Origin: Rhodosorus marinus CCMP1338
Taxonomy: Eukaryota; Plantae; Rhodophyta
Reading direction: 5' to 3'
NCBI GenBank assembly: GCA_029953675.1
Contig: JAMWBK010000002.1
Span: forward strand, 558,001 to 622,000
Length of the DNA stretch: 64,000 bases
The notes under the pieces are model-generated. The model ran no database searches and was not told the DNA's origin. It worked only from the letters and a program-made list of their open reading frames with translations. Positions 22,369-34,837 of this stretch are shown in pieces (the stretch's first letter is position 1; each line of letters starts with the position of its first letter). A program made the position numbers and the translations under genes.

Positions 22369-25300
22369 TCACTGGCGCTCTATAGCCGCTGTCGCCCACA
22401 TGCCGGTACGACGAATGCTAGCATCCTCGCTCTCGCATACGCGCTCCAACAGATTGTGAACCCAGTCCATCTTTTGCAACTCCGCCGCGATTCCCGGCGT
22501 GGTGGTAGCCATGTCTCCAAGGACCTGAGACGGCAAAAAATTTGTTAGTCAAGTCGAAATCCCGGGCAACTCTACTCCCGGCTACGTTGTCCCTATATAT
22601 CTAGATCCGCCTATCCTCACCCCCGCAGCTTGGCTTAAAAGCTTCTCCCCCGTCAGTCTCTTAGCAGATAAAAGCATTTCATCTGCGGCAACCGCTTGGC
22701 AGTATCTTATCATCCATTCATTCTGTGGTAGCATAATTTCCTGTCGATTGTCATTTCGCAATCCCTGTACAGGCCGGTCTCAACCTTAGATAATCGCGGA
22801 GGTAGGGTGCGGTTACGTCCAATTCGCGGTAGTCTCTCACCTGGAAAGTACCAGTAAACGCCTCGAAGACACTTGACCGAAGTTGAAGCAACCAGTCGAC
22901 CATATCATGATCATCAGGAGAAGCCTGGGATGCAATCGATCTCTCAGCCGCGGTCTGAAGCATGACCATTACAGGGTCGAAATGCTTTTGAAATTCTCCA
23001 CCGATAGCCAGGGCAATGTCTCCCAGACAGCTTAGCATCAGAGGCTTGACCTGTTGTGCACGCAAAACGTTCAGTCTTCGAAAAACTGAACGCTTCCGGA
23101 GCCCTTCAGGAGCCTTAACTACTCACCGACTTATCCAAATCATTGTTTCCGAGAGCAGCCAACACCAGCCCAATTGTTTGCTCCGCAAACGGCGTGAAAA
23201 GCTTTTCAATTGCTCTGCAAACGTCTCCAATAACACCAACGGCCACAGAACAAACCTGCGAGCACGAAAGGAAAGCTTAAGCCGTCTTTCATGGGCAGCC
23301 TTGGTAGGTCCTTAAAGTTCCCGCTGCTTATGCCCGCACCTGGTACTGATCCCAAGCTTGCAGGCCAGCTAACAGAATTGGCATTACGGCCTCAAAGTAT
23401 TTCAAAAACTCTCCCTCAAGCACATCGGCAAGCGTCCCTATTGCCATTATGACTTCCTCGCTGACCGAGGCACTCTTTCCACCTCCTTGATTCAGAATCT
23501 GAAGGTAGCAAGTCATCATTCGATCCGCATGTTGAACGATTCCTACAGGAGTTGAACCAAAAAACAGAAAATGAGAAAACACATCACATCGAACACAATT
23601 CTCGTGCAGGCTGCTTTCGAACAGTGAATGCTCTTATGCTTACCTGGAGCTTTCAATCTTTGAGTAGCGATCTGAAGCGCTCCACTCAGGAGGCCCTGTG
23701 ATTCAGCATTAGCTGCAAGGTCATCTGCTGTGAGTCCCGGGTTGTTGACTGTGCTCTCCAGTCTCTCTATTAACAGCGGCACGCATCGCTCAACAATGTT
23801 GATGTTGCCCTGGAGCAACAGCAAAGAACAGATCAGTGACGGTTTTCAAGAGGCCCGCGTGTGGACGAGATCACTACTACATGCAGCACTTTGCTCTTGA
23901 CCTCCCTCACCTCTGGCATATACTGAATCAAGACGCTCAATGTTTCATATGCAGCTGGTCGAAGTCCACCCTCATCTGCATCAGGCCGTAGCGTGGCTTC
24001 GAGAACGGCGACAATAAGTTGCTCCAAGTATGGCGAGAGCGTTCCCTCTTGGCTGTCAATGTCGTCCTCATAGAGTTCACCGAGATTGTGAATCGCCCAG
24101 CAGACGTTCTTAGCGACTTGAGGTTCGTCCTTGAGTGCGTGCAACAATGATCCAACAAGATCCTTCAAGTATCTGGTAACCTGGGTCTTTGACACATGAC
24201 AAACCCGGCCCACTGTCCACGCTGCAGTATCTCTCACCGCAAGACTCTCATCTCGCTGGAGGATTGTCAGCATCACGGGAAGCGCCTTTTCAATGAGAGG
24301 GTTTAAGACCATGGGCGAAGGTCCTACAAACCGGAAAAGAACACTATGTTAGCAACATAGCCGCTGGAAACGAGATGCTCGCGGAGTAGGGAGACGATAT
24401 CTTGATCAATCCAAAAGCACGCCTTCCTACCTTCCAAAATTGAGCCAAACGCCATGATCGCGGCTTCCCTAGCGCGCCAATTGGTCTGATCCGCGATGTT
24501 CTTCTCCACGAAAGGTACAACTCGCTCTATAATCTTAGCAGGGGCACACTCTGACAACAGATCTAGACATGAGCCAGCTGCTGTCGATTTGTTCCAGGTG
24601 TCATCATCCTATTTCGAAGGATACCGAGTCTCCGTCAGGTTTCCTGAGAAGTCAAGTGTCTAATGCAGACAAATCATCGAGAACCAGCATGCGCTCACCT
24701 GTAGCTCTTCCTGTTGCATGAGGCAGTCGAAGATGACGGGGCACAAGTGATCCAGCGCTATGTGAACGAATCTCTTCAACTTCGAATTCTCGCCGTCTTT
24801 GGTACTCTGAAATGAAGAAACAATTTCGTCCGAGATGCAGACAAACAAGGTATTAGAATCTTCCCACCTTTGGTTTCCTGCTCGCAAATCCGTGCTTGAA
24901 TCGCGATGCCGTCCAGCCGATAGGAGAGAGACTCAATAAAACGCCTTCCCCTCTGCACGTGAACGAATCCGTACCTCCACCTCGAGACTTAGCTCTTCTT
25001 CAGCAATTGTACTCCAGAACTCAATCGCCTGAAGTGCAACAACCTCCTCGTCTTGCTTGATAGCCTGAATCGTAAGTTGGTAGACGACGTTCATGTACAT
25101 ATCCAAATACTCGTAATACACCTCGGCAATCTGTGCGAAAGAACGATCACCAGAAGTGGTGTTTCAGCAGAGAGTAAATGAGGGTGTTCTGAACGCCTCG
25201 TGGTTCTAATTGTGTCGCCCGACCTTGACAAGGCATTCAAACGCTGATTTCCGAACAACCACGTCGCTGTCGTTTGCAAGAGCGCATACATTCTGCATAA

Positions 25301-26434
25301 TGTACGTTCTTTCATTCTCTACGGCAAAGTTGGCCCTAACAAACTCAAGCGCGTTCAACAACGCGGCGATTGCCGACCGTCGAATCTGACGTGGGTAGAT
25401 CACAAACAGAGCAAACCGGTCACAAAACCAGCCGGCATTTGGGCTGCAGTATGGAGGCTTTTACCGTCATACACATACCACAACGGAAGACTCTGGACTC
25501 CCCCCTTGATATTGCATTCCGGTAACAACCGCGGAAAGTATCTGACTTGACCGAGAGCCCAACACTGATATGTCCAGTTCATCTTCAACAGCCTCTTCGC
25601 ACATGTATCCGAGCGCGTCCAGAGTGCTCTGCAAAGAAAACAAATTTGGATCAGCGGAATAAACTCCAAGAGACAAAGATATGCGCTCGGCAAAACCCGC
25701 TTTGCTCCTTTCTTTTCCGATTGCGTACCTCAACGAGTGGAGGCGGAGACTCCTTGCTCGTCACAGTTTGCAGCAACGTTTCAATAAGTGGTGCCCATCT
25801 GTTCATCGGTAGCTCTATGGACGCCATTTTTGCGATCACCTGGGATGGATCGGATACAACAGAACGAAGAGATCAGCTTCTCTGGATGTACAAGTTCATC
25901 GTAGTACCGCTCCGGATCAGATATGGAATGTATCCCGTCGTACCATCGCTGCCGTACTATTCGCTTCCCTCACTGGGCTGGATAAGGTCTCCAACAAGTT
26001 CTTCTTGATCTGTTCGTTTGCTTGTTCATCGACCATTGAGATCCATCTGTCGGTGAACTGTGCTTTCGTTCTCCTGCGACAAGGGCACGAGGACGATATG
26101 TTTATGCTCGGTTAGAGAAGCTCATTGCAAGCAGATTCGCGTCACAACAGGCTTGCTGGGCAAGATAACCAGGGGGAGACAGGAGGACGATCAAACAACA
26201 TTTCGATGCTCTTAGAAACCCCCACCTGTCCTTGGAATCGATCGAATTCTTCAGGAGAATTCCTGCTAGCCGCCTCGTATGTGGCGGGCGATCTTCCTGC
26301 CTCAGCTCATCACTCATCGTGACCATGTACATAGAGAAGTTAGATTCCGAAGCAGCTCTAAGCTGCTCCTCGGCCGCCTGCTGCAGGTTAGGATCGCCGC
26401 TAAGCGCATTCTGAAGAATTTGTGTCACAGACAT
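22369..26434 (-). CDS. KPNB1: Importin subunit beta-1, many introns
   Basis: IBN_N start (QILQNALSGDPNLQQAAEEQL...RRLAGILLKNS), LQAIEFWSTIAEEE, NWRAREAAIMAFGSILEG, VRDTAAWTVGRV, VKPLMLSCLGDIALAIGGEF. Confidence 0.97.
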
Positions 26435-27173
26435 CCTTCCGCCTCCCCACCCCCACCCCCCGGCCCCGCCCCCCCTCCCCCGAGCGCCCACCCAACCTCC
26501 CTGTCCTTTCCCTTAAACAAAAACGAATTCCCAAAGAAGGAACCCACGGAAGAACTAACCCTCCTACAGGCTCCCCTTAAAACCTCAACAGAAACCCTAC
26601 TCTACCACTCACGAAGTCTCTCAAAAGCTCCAACCTTCCCGCCTCCCTCCCTGAAGATCAAGAAGCATCCCAAACCCAGGAAATATATCGCGGTGGGGTT
26701 TGGTTTTGGTTTTTTTGAACCCCCTCGAAAACAGCTTCGTCAATGCCCACAAAAGCCCCGAACGCCGCGCTCCCTCCCTCTCCCCCCCACCCACCCAATA
26801 AAGACCCTCAACACGCCAAGGCGACTGCGGCTGCGCGAAAGTCCTTCAAAAACTCAGGTAGAAAACGAGAACTAACAATAAAATTTACCCGTCACTGATG
26901 CGATGGGTGCTTGCTTCATCCATTCAGGCCCGCTTACTGTTTTGAAACCTTGTTTTGCTCATCGCTGGTCTGCTGACCACCTTCATCAAGGCATGAAATG
27001 GAATCGAAGAGATTAAAGCAGTCCTCAAATTTTGCGTCAGAATCCAGAGCTGCTGGCCTCGCACGGGCATGTTCATAATCCCCCGGTAACACTCGTGCCT
27101 CGACCAACCCGCTGAGTTCTTCACCCCCCCCTAAAGGATGTGGTCGTTGAAAAGAGATTTTGTTTTTTACGAA

Positions 27174-27690
27174 TTAAATTAGGGATTTGGTGGATGCGTG
27201 GTGAGCGCTTTCTCCCCCCTTCTTTTTCAGTTTAAATTTCCGAATGGCGTTGCGTCCATGGTTGTGAAAGGATCCCAAACTGTGGAGCCCACGGCGCTGC
27301 TGGAGGTCTGTATGAGGATCGTCGTTTGTGTAATACGACTCGTAAGAGAAGGCTTCCTCTACCTGGATGGTCTCCCGAAGGAAATCAGGGGGTGGAACTC
27401 TCAGCGTCTTCGGGAGCGCGACGCATTCACTTCCTTTTGATCCGTTTAGGACGAGACGATTTGGGTTGCAGCGACAGGATCGATGGCCTTTCAACCTGCA
27501 ACAGTCGGATCTATAGTGCTCGTCCTCTACAGTAAGACCAGTCTGTGGGGTGCTCCATCCGGATTGCAGAACCGTTCAGATCTCGGGACGGGAAGCGCGG
27601 ACTGAACGAGCACCCACAATAGACCGACGAGCCCGTGCTTCCTATCGATAAAATCAGGAATGTATCGCCTAAACGGAATATTGGTGTGGC
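27174..27690 (-). CDS. Hypothetical spliced ORF
   Basis: The 27511-27732 and 27174-27494 ORFs join in frame through one plausible GT-AG intron (TDW|LKGHRSC). No family recognised. Confidence 0.25.
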
Positions 27691-29796
27691 GACCACAAGA
27701 AAAGGGTGGAAAAGAGAATATCTTTTTTTCAAATATTGTCGTTTTTGAGATATTTTGAGCCAGGATATTTGAATTATTAACCCCTCGTCAAATAGCTAGT
27801 TCTCATGGGACTTTACGGTGTCTGTGTTGAGGGAGTGTGGGAAGTTGCGTGGGACAGGAGGGTCCAAACTTCTGGTGCGCTGTCGTTCGGACGAGGAGGC
27901 GGTTCTCGGGGGGCTACGCTGAATCCCGAATCTTACGAAAAACACAACGCGACATACTGGAGACTTAATCTTGGTATCAACATTTTTCCTTTTCAGACGC
28001 CGTACGGATCTGCCCTCAAGGCAGAGAACACAAGCTGCGGCGTTGGGAGGTGAGACATAAAATAGCCCAGCACCGGGCCGGAGCACTTCCTCCCTGCATC
28101 TCAAGAGGCAGATAGACAACGTTGAGCCTTGCGTCCTGCACCAGCGTCTAAGACGAGGCCCTAGATTGAGCGTCAGCATGCGACAGATCGAAAGGACAGA
28201 AATGGGATATGCAAGGAAACGGCCTCCGGACCCACGGCCCAGACCGTTGCTATCTAAAACACTTGCGCTAACTTTGGACAGCTCGCCCAAGCCAAGCCAA
28301 ATTTACGTCCGCCAAAAAGACACCCTAAATTATCATCAATTTTTCCAAAATTACAAAACTACAGAAAATGTTGTCCTCTTGTTTTAGATCAAAGAACGCA
28401 AAACAACATCACATTTCCTAAACCCGTCCGCAAGTGCCAGTTGATCAGATTGGAACACTTCCTCGACGTGCGCGGGAGAAGGAAGTTTTTTAAAAAAGTC
28501 ATTGAGATCAATTTCACTAGTTTGTCCCATTTATTCCATGGGACAGATCCCTTGGTAATGACTCCACAAGTGCTAGAATTCTGGCTCGATCCTTGAACAA
28601 GCGAGCTTGAAACAAATTAGAAAAAACTGCCCCCTGGGATGAGTAAAATTGACTGGTATTGATATTGATTAGATGTTCAATTATTTTGCGAAGAATACTG
28701 GGTGTTGTGCGATTTGGGAAAAAGTCTTCATGTGGACACACAGCTAGAACAGTTGTGGCTTCGATCAGAGGAACAAGGAACCTTCAAACAGCAGAAACAG
28801 CTTTCTTAGGGACTCGCGGATTCGGGGGTCACGTTGATGCGATACCCTGTGACAGGTACTCTCTCTTCGGAAGGACCAGGAGATGAACACTCATACACCT
28901 AGGCACCCGCAGTACCGCAGAACGGGTAGGTACACAAAGGAACTTGAAAGAAAGTTTTAAAAAACGATTTCTCAGCCGTTCCGAATTTTCTTCCAAAACT
29001 CGGTGGGCGGTTCTAAGAAATCCAATGGTTTTTCTTGATTTTTCATGATTATTCGGAACAACTACCTAAATTGGTTAAAAAAAGATCATTGACGCCGCAA
29101 AAAAGGGAAATTTTAAGCCATGAAATGGTTTTTGGGGGAAACCCTCCATGCGACCCCCTTTCTAAAAACAATTCTTTTTTTGGACTTTTCTTTTCTTCTC
29201 CTGAACAACTCCTCCTCCAAATCCTATATCTTTCATTTATCTAAACTTTTTTCCCATTATACTCTTCATCGGCCAATGAACTTCTTCCAAAGCGTACTAG
29301 TTGCAGAATGCGGCTCTTAATTGAAATTAAGTAAACATTTCAACTTTTTCCTCTATTGAAATTTACAGCCCAAGGGTGCCAAAAAAAATGAAAGGATCAC
29401 AAAAAAGGGCAGTTGTACGAAGAAAGAAAACAAAAAAAAAATCCTTCGACCAACTATTCATGGGTTCCCATTGGTTCCCCCACGGGGGAACGGACGTTGA
29501 AATACTGATGAATTGAAAACAGCTATGGAACTCTGTTTCTCCTCCTATGGGTTGTTTACCTGTCTCTCTGGCTTCCACAACCGAAACGGTCCTTAACACT
29601 CCAAAGAAAGGAAAGCAAGGTGAATTTATGGACGCAATGTGCTAATTTATTTTGTATTTTTAAACTTTTACTTAATCAGTACGCAATATTTTGAACCTTT
29701 TAGAGCCTATTCTAGAAAACTTGGCCGACACGATTTTCCTGTGGCTGGACTATCTGGGCTGCCGTGGCGAGGTCAACGAGAATCTGCTTTGCACGG

Positions 29797-31190
29797 TTAG
29801 GACGAGGATGTGATAGGGTTCCTCTTGGAGGGAGGAGGCTGTTCAATACAGTCACCTCCTAGCTGCCCCCTCTTTGCCCTCGTTTGAACGGTGCTCACGT
29901 TCAAATTCAGTGGAAGCTCTGATCGTGACGATCCGTTTCGCGTTTGACCCCCAGACGTAGCAAGCTGTGATGTAGAAAGCTGCAGCCCAAGTTTCTTCTG
30001 CAGAGGTGCCCATCTTTGTTGGACTCGAACTCTTGTGACGGCATTCGAGACGTCGTGCGCAATCGTCCCGGACTTCGCTTTCACTGAATCACAACCGAAG
30101 CACTTGAATCCTCCCTTTCCCTCAGACGAGAACTCAGCATCCGCCGCTATTCCGTAGCAAACTCTGTGTGACAACAGCCTTCATCGGATCAACCAATAGC
30201 AACCCGGATGCAAGTGGTCGTACAAGGTTAGAAAAAGGAAATTTTGCGGAACAAAGAGTTCTGACAACCGCTCAATTCTTACTTGCAGTTCGTGCACTTG
30301 AGCATATTTTCCGTCTCCTGTTGCAAACCACATGCACAACACACGATGTCGAGCCTCCTATCTACAATACCTCCGTTTCCATTCCTGCAGTAAGTGAAAC
30401 GAGTCCTCCACTCATCCGGTGACTCAATCTTCGTTGAGAGAATGCAAGAAGCGGGCTTGCGGTTAGTTCCCTGAAGCGTCGCGTAAACCCTCGCTCTTTC
30501 TAACCCAATGCTTACCTTAATAAATTCTGACTCTGTTGGTACATAACGGAAAACCTCTCCATTCGCTTTTATAGGAGTCTTCCCGTACCCGGTGTTCCGT
30601 CCCAGGATTACGTCCGAAGTTCCTATTGAACATTTCACTGTTCTCCCATCGTCCAAGAGACATTCATGTTCAAGCGTTATTCTATTAAAGCGTACAATTC
30701 TTCCCCAAACTCTTACGTCCTCATCGTGCTTTGCCTCATTTGGCTGAACGAAGCACACCAAGCAGTTGATAATGGAATTGGGGTTCCCAGAAAACCTGTT
30801 TCGGCTGTTTCCCTCTCTGACGAAGGCCTTGTAGTCCCTCTCCCTTTCATATGGTAGGAGAATCTTTCGGTACACGAGTTCCAAAATATGCGTCGCGGTT
30901 GGCGGGTTCTTGAAAACAGGCACCGCCTTCCTTACTTCATTCCACAAGCCCCGCGCGCAGACCCTGTCATAACCACCCCTCTTCTCATAAACTTCATCGT
31001 AAATAAGCGGCAACACAACTTCTAGAGGAGTCTGCCCAATCTTCCTCGGAAGCGCCCCAGCATCTTGGCTGGCCGGCCAGGCGTTGCCGCACTCTCGATA
31101 GAAACAAATAATATCATTGAGAAGGTCCGAAACACAGTCATGACTAGGCTTGTGGTCCCTCCACTCCCTGGAAATAAACTCGAACGGCAT
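29797..31190 (-). CDS. ARID plus Tudor-like plus PHD finger chromatin protein
   Basis: ARID motif (LPLIYDEVYEKRGGYDRVCARGLWNEV...LELVYRKILLPYE). PHD finger split by an intron (CCACG...MLKCTNCK|..SHRVCYG...FKCFGC). Confidence 0.82.
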
Positions 31191-32615
31191 TCCTCCGAAC
31201 AACAACATCACAATCCGCAAACGCGGACCCCAAGTCACAACCACTCAAGAACTTGCTGCCGAATCCCCAGGTACAGCAGCACCTGCCCGATTCCGCACCA
31301 AAACGGAAGAACGAGAAACACCCACAACCAACCCCTCCCCCTCACCCCCCCCTCTCCAGCACCTCCCACCGCAAAACACTCAACAACAAGAAAGCCCTTT
31401 ACGTGTCCAGGATGCACCCATCTCCTTCCTCCCTCACTCTCCAACGGTGCTCCACCTTCCCCCCTCCCCTGCTAACAGACCTCAACTCTTCACTTGTGCA
31501 ATAGAGGAAACCAAAAGCCAAAGAAAAATACCAAACGCTTAGTAAAAATAGAACAACCGGCAGTCTCGCCTCATGTAGTCGCCAGTTACACACTCACTTC
31601 CAGGACCCCCTACAAAAACGCCCCTTTCACCACGTTCCTCTCCCTCTCTCCCCCCCTACCCCCCTTTTCCTTTTTTCGGCCTTTCTGGTACCTCTCGAGC
31701 CTTTTCCCGAGGATCTCAAAACATGAAAGAAATATCAAACTTCCTGTCGGCCCCAACACCGAAAAAAAAAACACCACCCGATTAAAGAAGATCGACTTAA
31801 CAAGAATTGGTTTATATAAAAAAAGGAGAAAGGACAAAATCAATCATCTGATGTGGAAAATAGAATAAAATTCAGTTCAAGTATTTTTTTTCTTTTTCAT
31901 CCGACAACAAACAACAACTGCTGCAGAGAGGCCTAGGAGAAATATTCGCCATTTTTTTGTTTTGCTCCCAAGCTAGGAAGCCCGCTTCTCTAGAGAAGAA
32001 CCAACGAAACCACGTCTAGATTCAATCTAGACGACACCGGGATCGTTTTCAAAGTCTTGCATAATTCTTTACATAATATGTTTATAATATTTGATATTTC
32101 ATAATTATGGTAATGACTCTTAAAAAGGAAAGAACTACCCTAGATCAGTCCTCGACGAGCGTGAAAACACCCCCTTGTCTGGGTCTGTACGGACTGCGCT
32201 TCAAAATGAAAGACAAATTCTTTGTAAATCTATCCTTGGGGTTAAAAAAAGAAGTTAATGCATTCCAGTTCTCCATCCCAACGTCAGTGTCCTTGATTTT
32301 GGAAAACTGCTCAACTATGAATATTGATAAAATTACAAGCCGCCCTCCTATCAACTTTCTTAATAGAGAGCGTCGTGGAGCTTCCTACTCAGTCCGAGAG
32401 TGGCCCTCAAACTAAGAAACACCGGTATTCTCCAGTTCTGTTCAAATTTTAGAACACATCTTGAGGTCCACCCTCGCTCTCAGCCGCGTCCCCATACCCC
32501 CCCTTCTTTTCATTTCAAATGGTAGTTAGTGGGGTTGGGGGTGGGAGCTTTCCAATGGCGAAAACAAGGGAAAAGTAACCAAGCTCGGGAATACAGTGCT
32601 TTTTCTTCTAAAAAC

Positions 32616-32654
32616 CTCAGCTTACTCAGCTTACTCAGCTTACTCAGCTTACTC
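32616..32654 (+). repeat. 9-bp minisatellite (CTCAGCTTA)x4
   Basis: Four exact copies read directly from the sequence. Confidence 0.9.
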
Positions 32655-33388
32655 TGTCTGATGTTCCGGGGATGTGCCCCCTCCCCCTCCCCCCTCCATG
32701 AGACTGACCTATTCGATGATCCTTTTTTTACGCACAAATACAATACATATTGTATTGAGATGGCTCGTATTCTATTTTGTCCCCTCTCATCCTGCCAATT
32801 TATTGCTTTTTGTTTGTTTTTGCGAACTGGGCCATAAGTTTTCTCACTTTTTTACTTTTTTTCCGGGAAAAAAGCCCTTTTTGGTCCATTCGCCGAAACT
32901 GCCAACTACCCCTCCTCCCCCCCCCCCTCACCTCTTGTTCCGCCCTTCAGCTTTCCTATTGATTGAATACCTTCGTGACACCAACCTGCGTTCCCGAATG
33001 TGCTTCTGTCAGCTCTGCATCGAGATTTTTTTGGGACAGGTATCTCTTACATCCTCATTAATTTTCCGTGTAACGAATCGACCCGGAAGGGGGCGTAATT
33101 TTATTCCACTACCCTTCTTTTTTGTCCTTTTTTTACTCGACGAATTTGCGGGGGTGCCACGGGTTAAACGGTTGAAGATACCCGTAAATTATTGGAGAAA
33201 TTGTTGTGTGGGACACGATTTCTTAAAAACAAAAGAAAACTAATCTATAGCCTGTCATCCGGATGGTATAAATTTACCGTATTTTATTGGTTATCTATCC
33301 ACGGTTGTTTGTTCTTAAATGCGTGTATCAACAGGTTGGGTTAAATTAAATACCAAACTATTCTAAATCTAGCCTGATAAAAACAAGT

Positions 33389-34310
33389 TTATCGAATTTG
33401 AGCTTCTTCTGTCCAGAAACCAATGAGGCGGTTTTGACCTGAGGGAGCCCTGATGATTTCGTTGATTTCGCTGGTTTGTCGGAAACAATCGTCCTTAGGT
33501 TGCCACATTGGAAACGGAAGAAGGTGGCAGTTCTCGGCTTGGTGGTGGTGCATCATACTCTGCATAATGCTATATGACTTGTCCTTCCCCAGTGGAGATC
33601 TTGCGGTATCATGAGCAGCATACAGACTCTGTGAAGCGGCCATCTCAAACAATCAGACGGGTCTGCTTTAAATTCCCGCTACATATCGAGAATAGAGCTT
33701 CGGGGTAGTTTCGACCTGTCAATATCCGAAGAAAGACCTTTGCTTCTCCTCCAATCAGTAAGATCAAGCTTCATTAACACCGTCACGACCACTGAGTCGC
33801 AGTCCAGCTCTTCAGCAACCCAAACCCAATGCAAACCGTTGAGAATCCAAAGTGACTAAATAGCAAGAGACAAACGTTTGTTTTTTAGTGAAACAACTCT
33901 GCGGAAGGGAGGAAAACGGACGTGACCCTTCTCCTGTGAACGGGTAGAAGATAAGATGGACTGGTCAGTAAATAGGACCTTTACAGCCCTTTTCAGGCAT
34001 AAAAGCGTGAAATTTGAATCGTTGCACACAATAACATCTGTGCAACGATTCTTTGCAGAGTAAGAAAAGGAGACCAGTGGAGACGCAGAAATTTACACAT
34101 CCCTCGTACGTAGTTGTAATCCCAACACACCAGCTAGGCACATCAGGAGGCTGATATAGCTCACAGTGGCGCCTGACTCTGAAGCTTCGCGTTACCTGCG
34201 TCGCGGAATCCCTGAACGACTAACCTTGTCTCGAATCTTTGGTTTTCCCCCGGCACATTGATGAGTCGAACGAATCGCGATCCTAGAAACCCTTTTTCAT
34301 CATTCTTAAG
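33389..34310 (-). mobile_element. Decayed Ty1/copia RT-RNase H remnant
   Basis: Motifs appear in copia order, broken by frameshifts and stops: FLGSRFVRLINVPGENQRFETRLVVQGFRD (KARLVxxG-like), TVSYISLLMCLAGVLGLQLRTRDV, and the RNase H end-like EINEIIRAPSGQN. Confidence 0.6.
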
Positions 34311-34837
34311 GGCGGACCTGATGGAAGATCAGGCTCGTGATGTGTCTAGCTGGTAAATTTGGTTTCTCGCAAGTCAAATTGTGCACGGAGACTTTTCCCA
34401 ATTCGCACAACACCAAGCATCCCGAAAATGACTGAATATCTAATCATTATATGTATCAGTCAATTTAACAACTACTATCGTGCCTGAAATCAGTGGACTT
34501 CGTCCTGGGGCCAGCTACCCGGAGAACCAAGAGTACAAACGACGCAATGAACGAGCCTAGAGATTAAGGGCGGCTGAAATTCGCTAACGGGCTACACTAA
34601 GAAGAAATGATTAAGTTGATCTCCTACGCACTTACGCAAGCATAGCATTGTCCCCACCCGAATACGAGTTGTGTATCTCATCGACGACGGCTGATGATAT
34701 TGGACTTTGGGGGGGTTTGCGCAATAGGTATGGGTTGCTGGCAGCTGGACTTGATGAGTATAGAAGTGCACTTCCTCTGTACAGACTGTCCTTTTTGCTT
34801 TCATCGAATTTTTGTACCAGGGGTAATGAAATGAACA

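Noticed and set aside
26102-26875. Long low-complexity ORFs in leader islands (e.g. 26279-26875, 9615-10013, 31065-31542, 38936-39626)
   Set aside because: These are by-products of C/A or G/T skew, which depletes stop codons; they overlap real gene starts or leaders.
33780-34150. Antizyme-like +1 frameshift site (TCC TGA TGT GCC, minus strand, 34143-34148) plus a downstream AEELDCDSVVV peptide
   Set aside because: The same bases read as the copia motif SLLMCLAG...RDV in another frame, directly after RFETRLVVQGFRD. The conserved W before the shift site and the downstream GF motif are missing. A copia relic explains the region better; an ODC_AZ HMM search would settle it.
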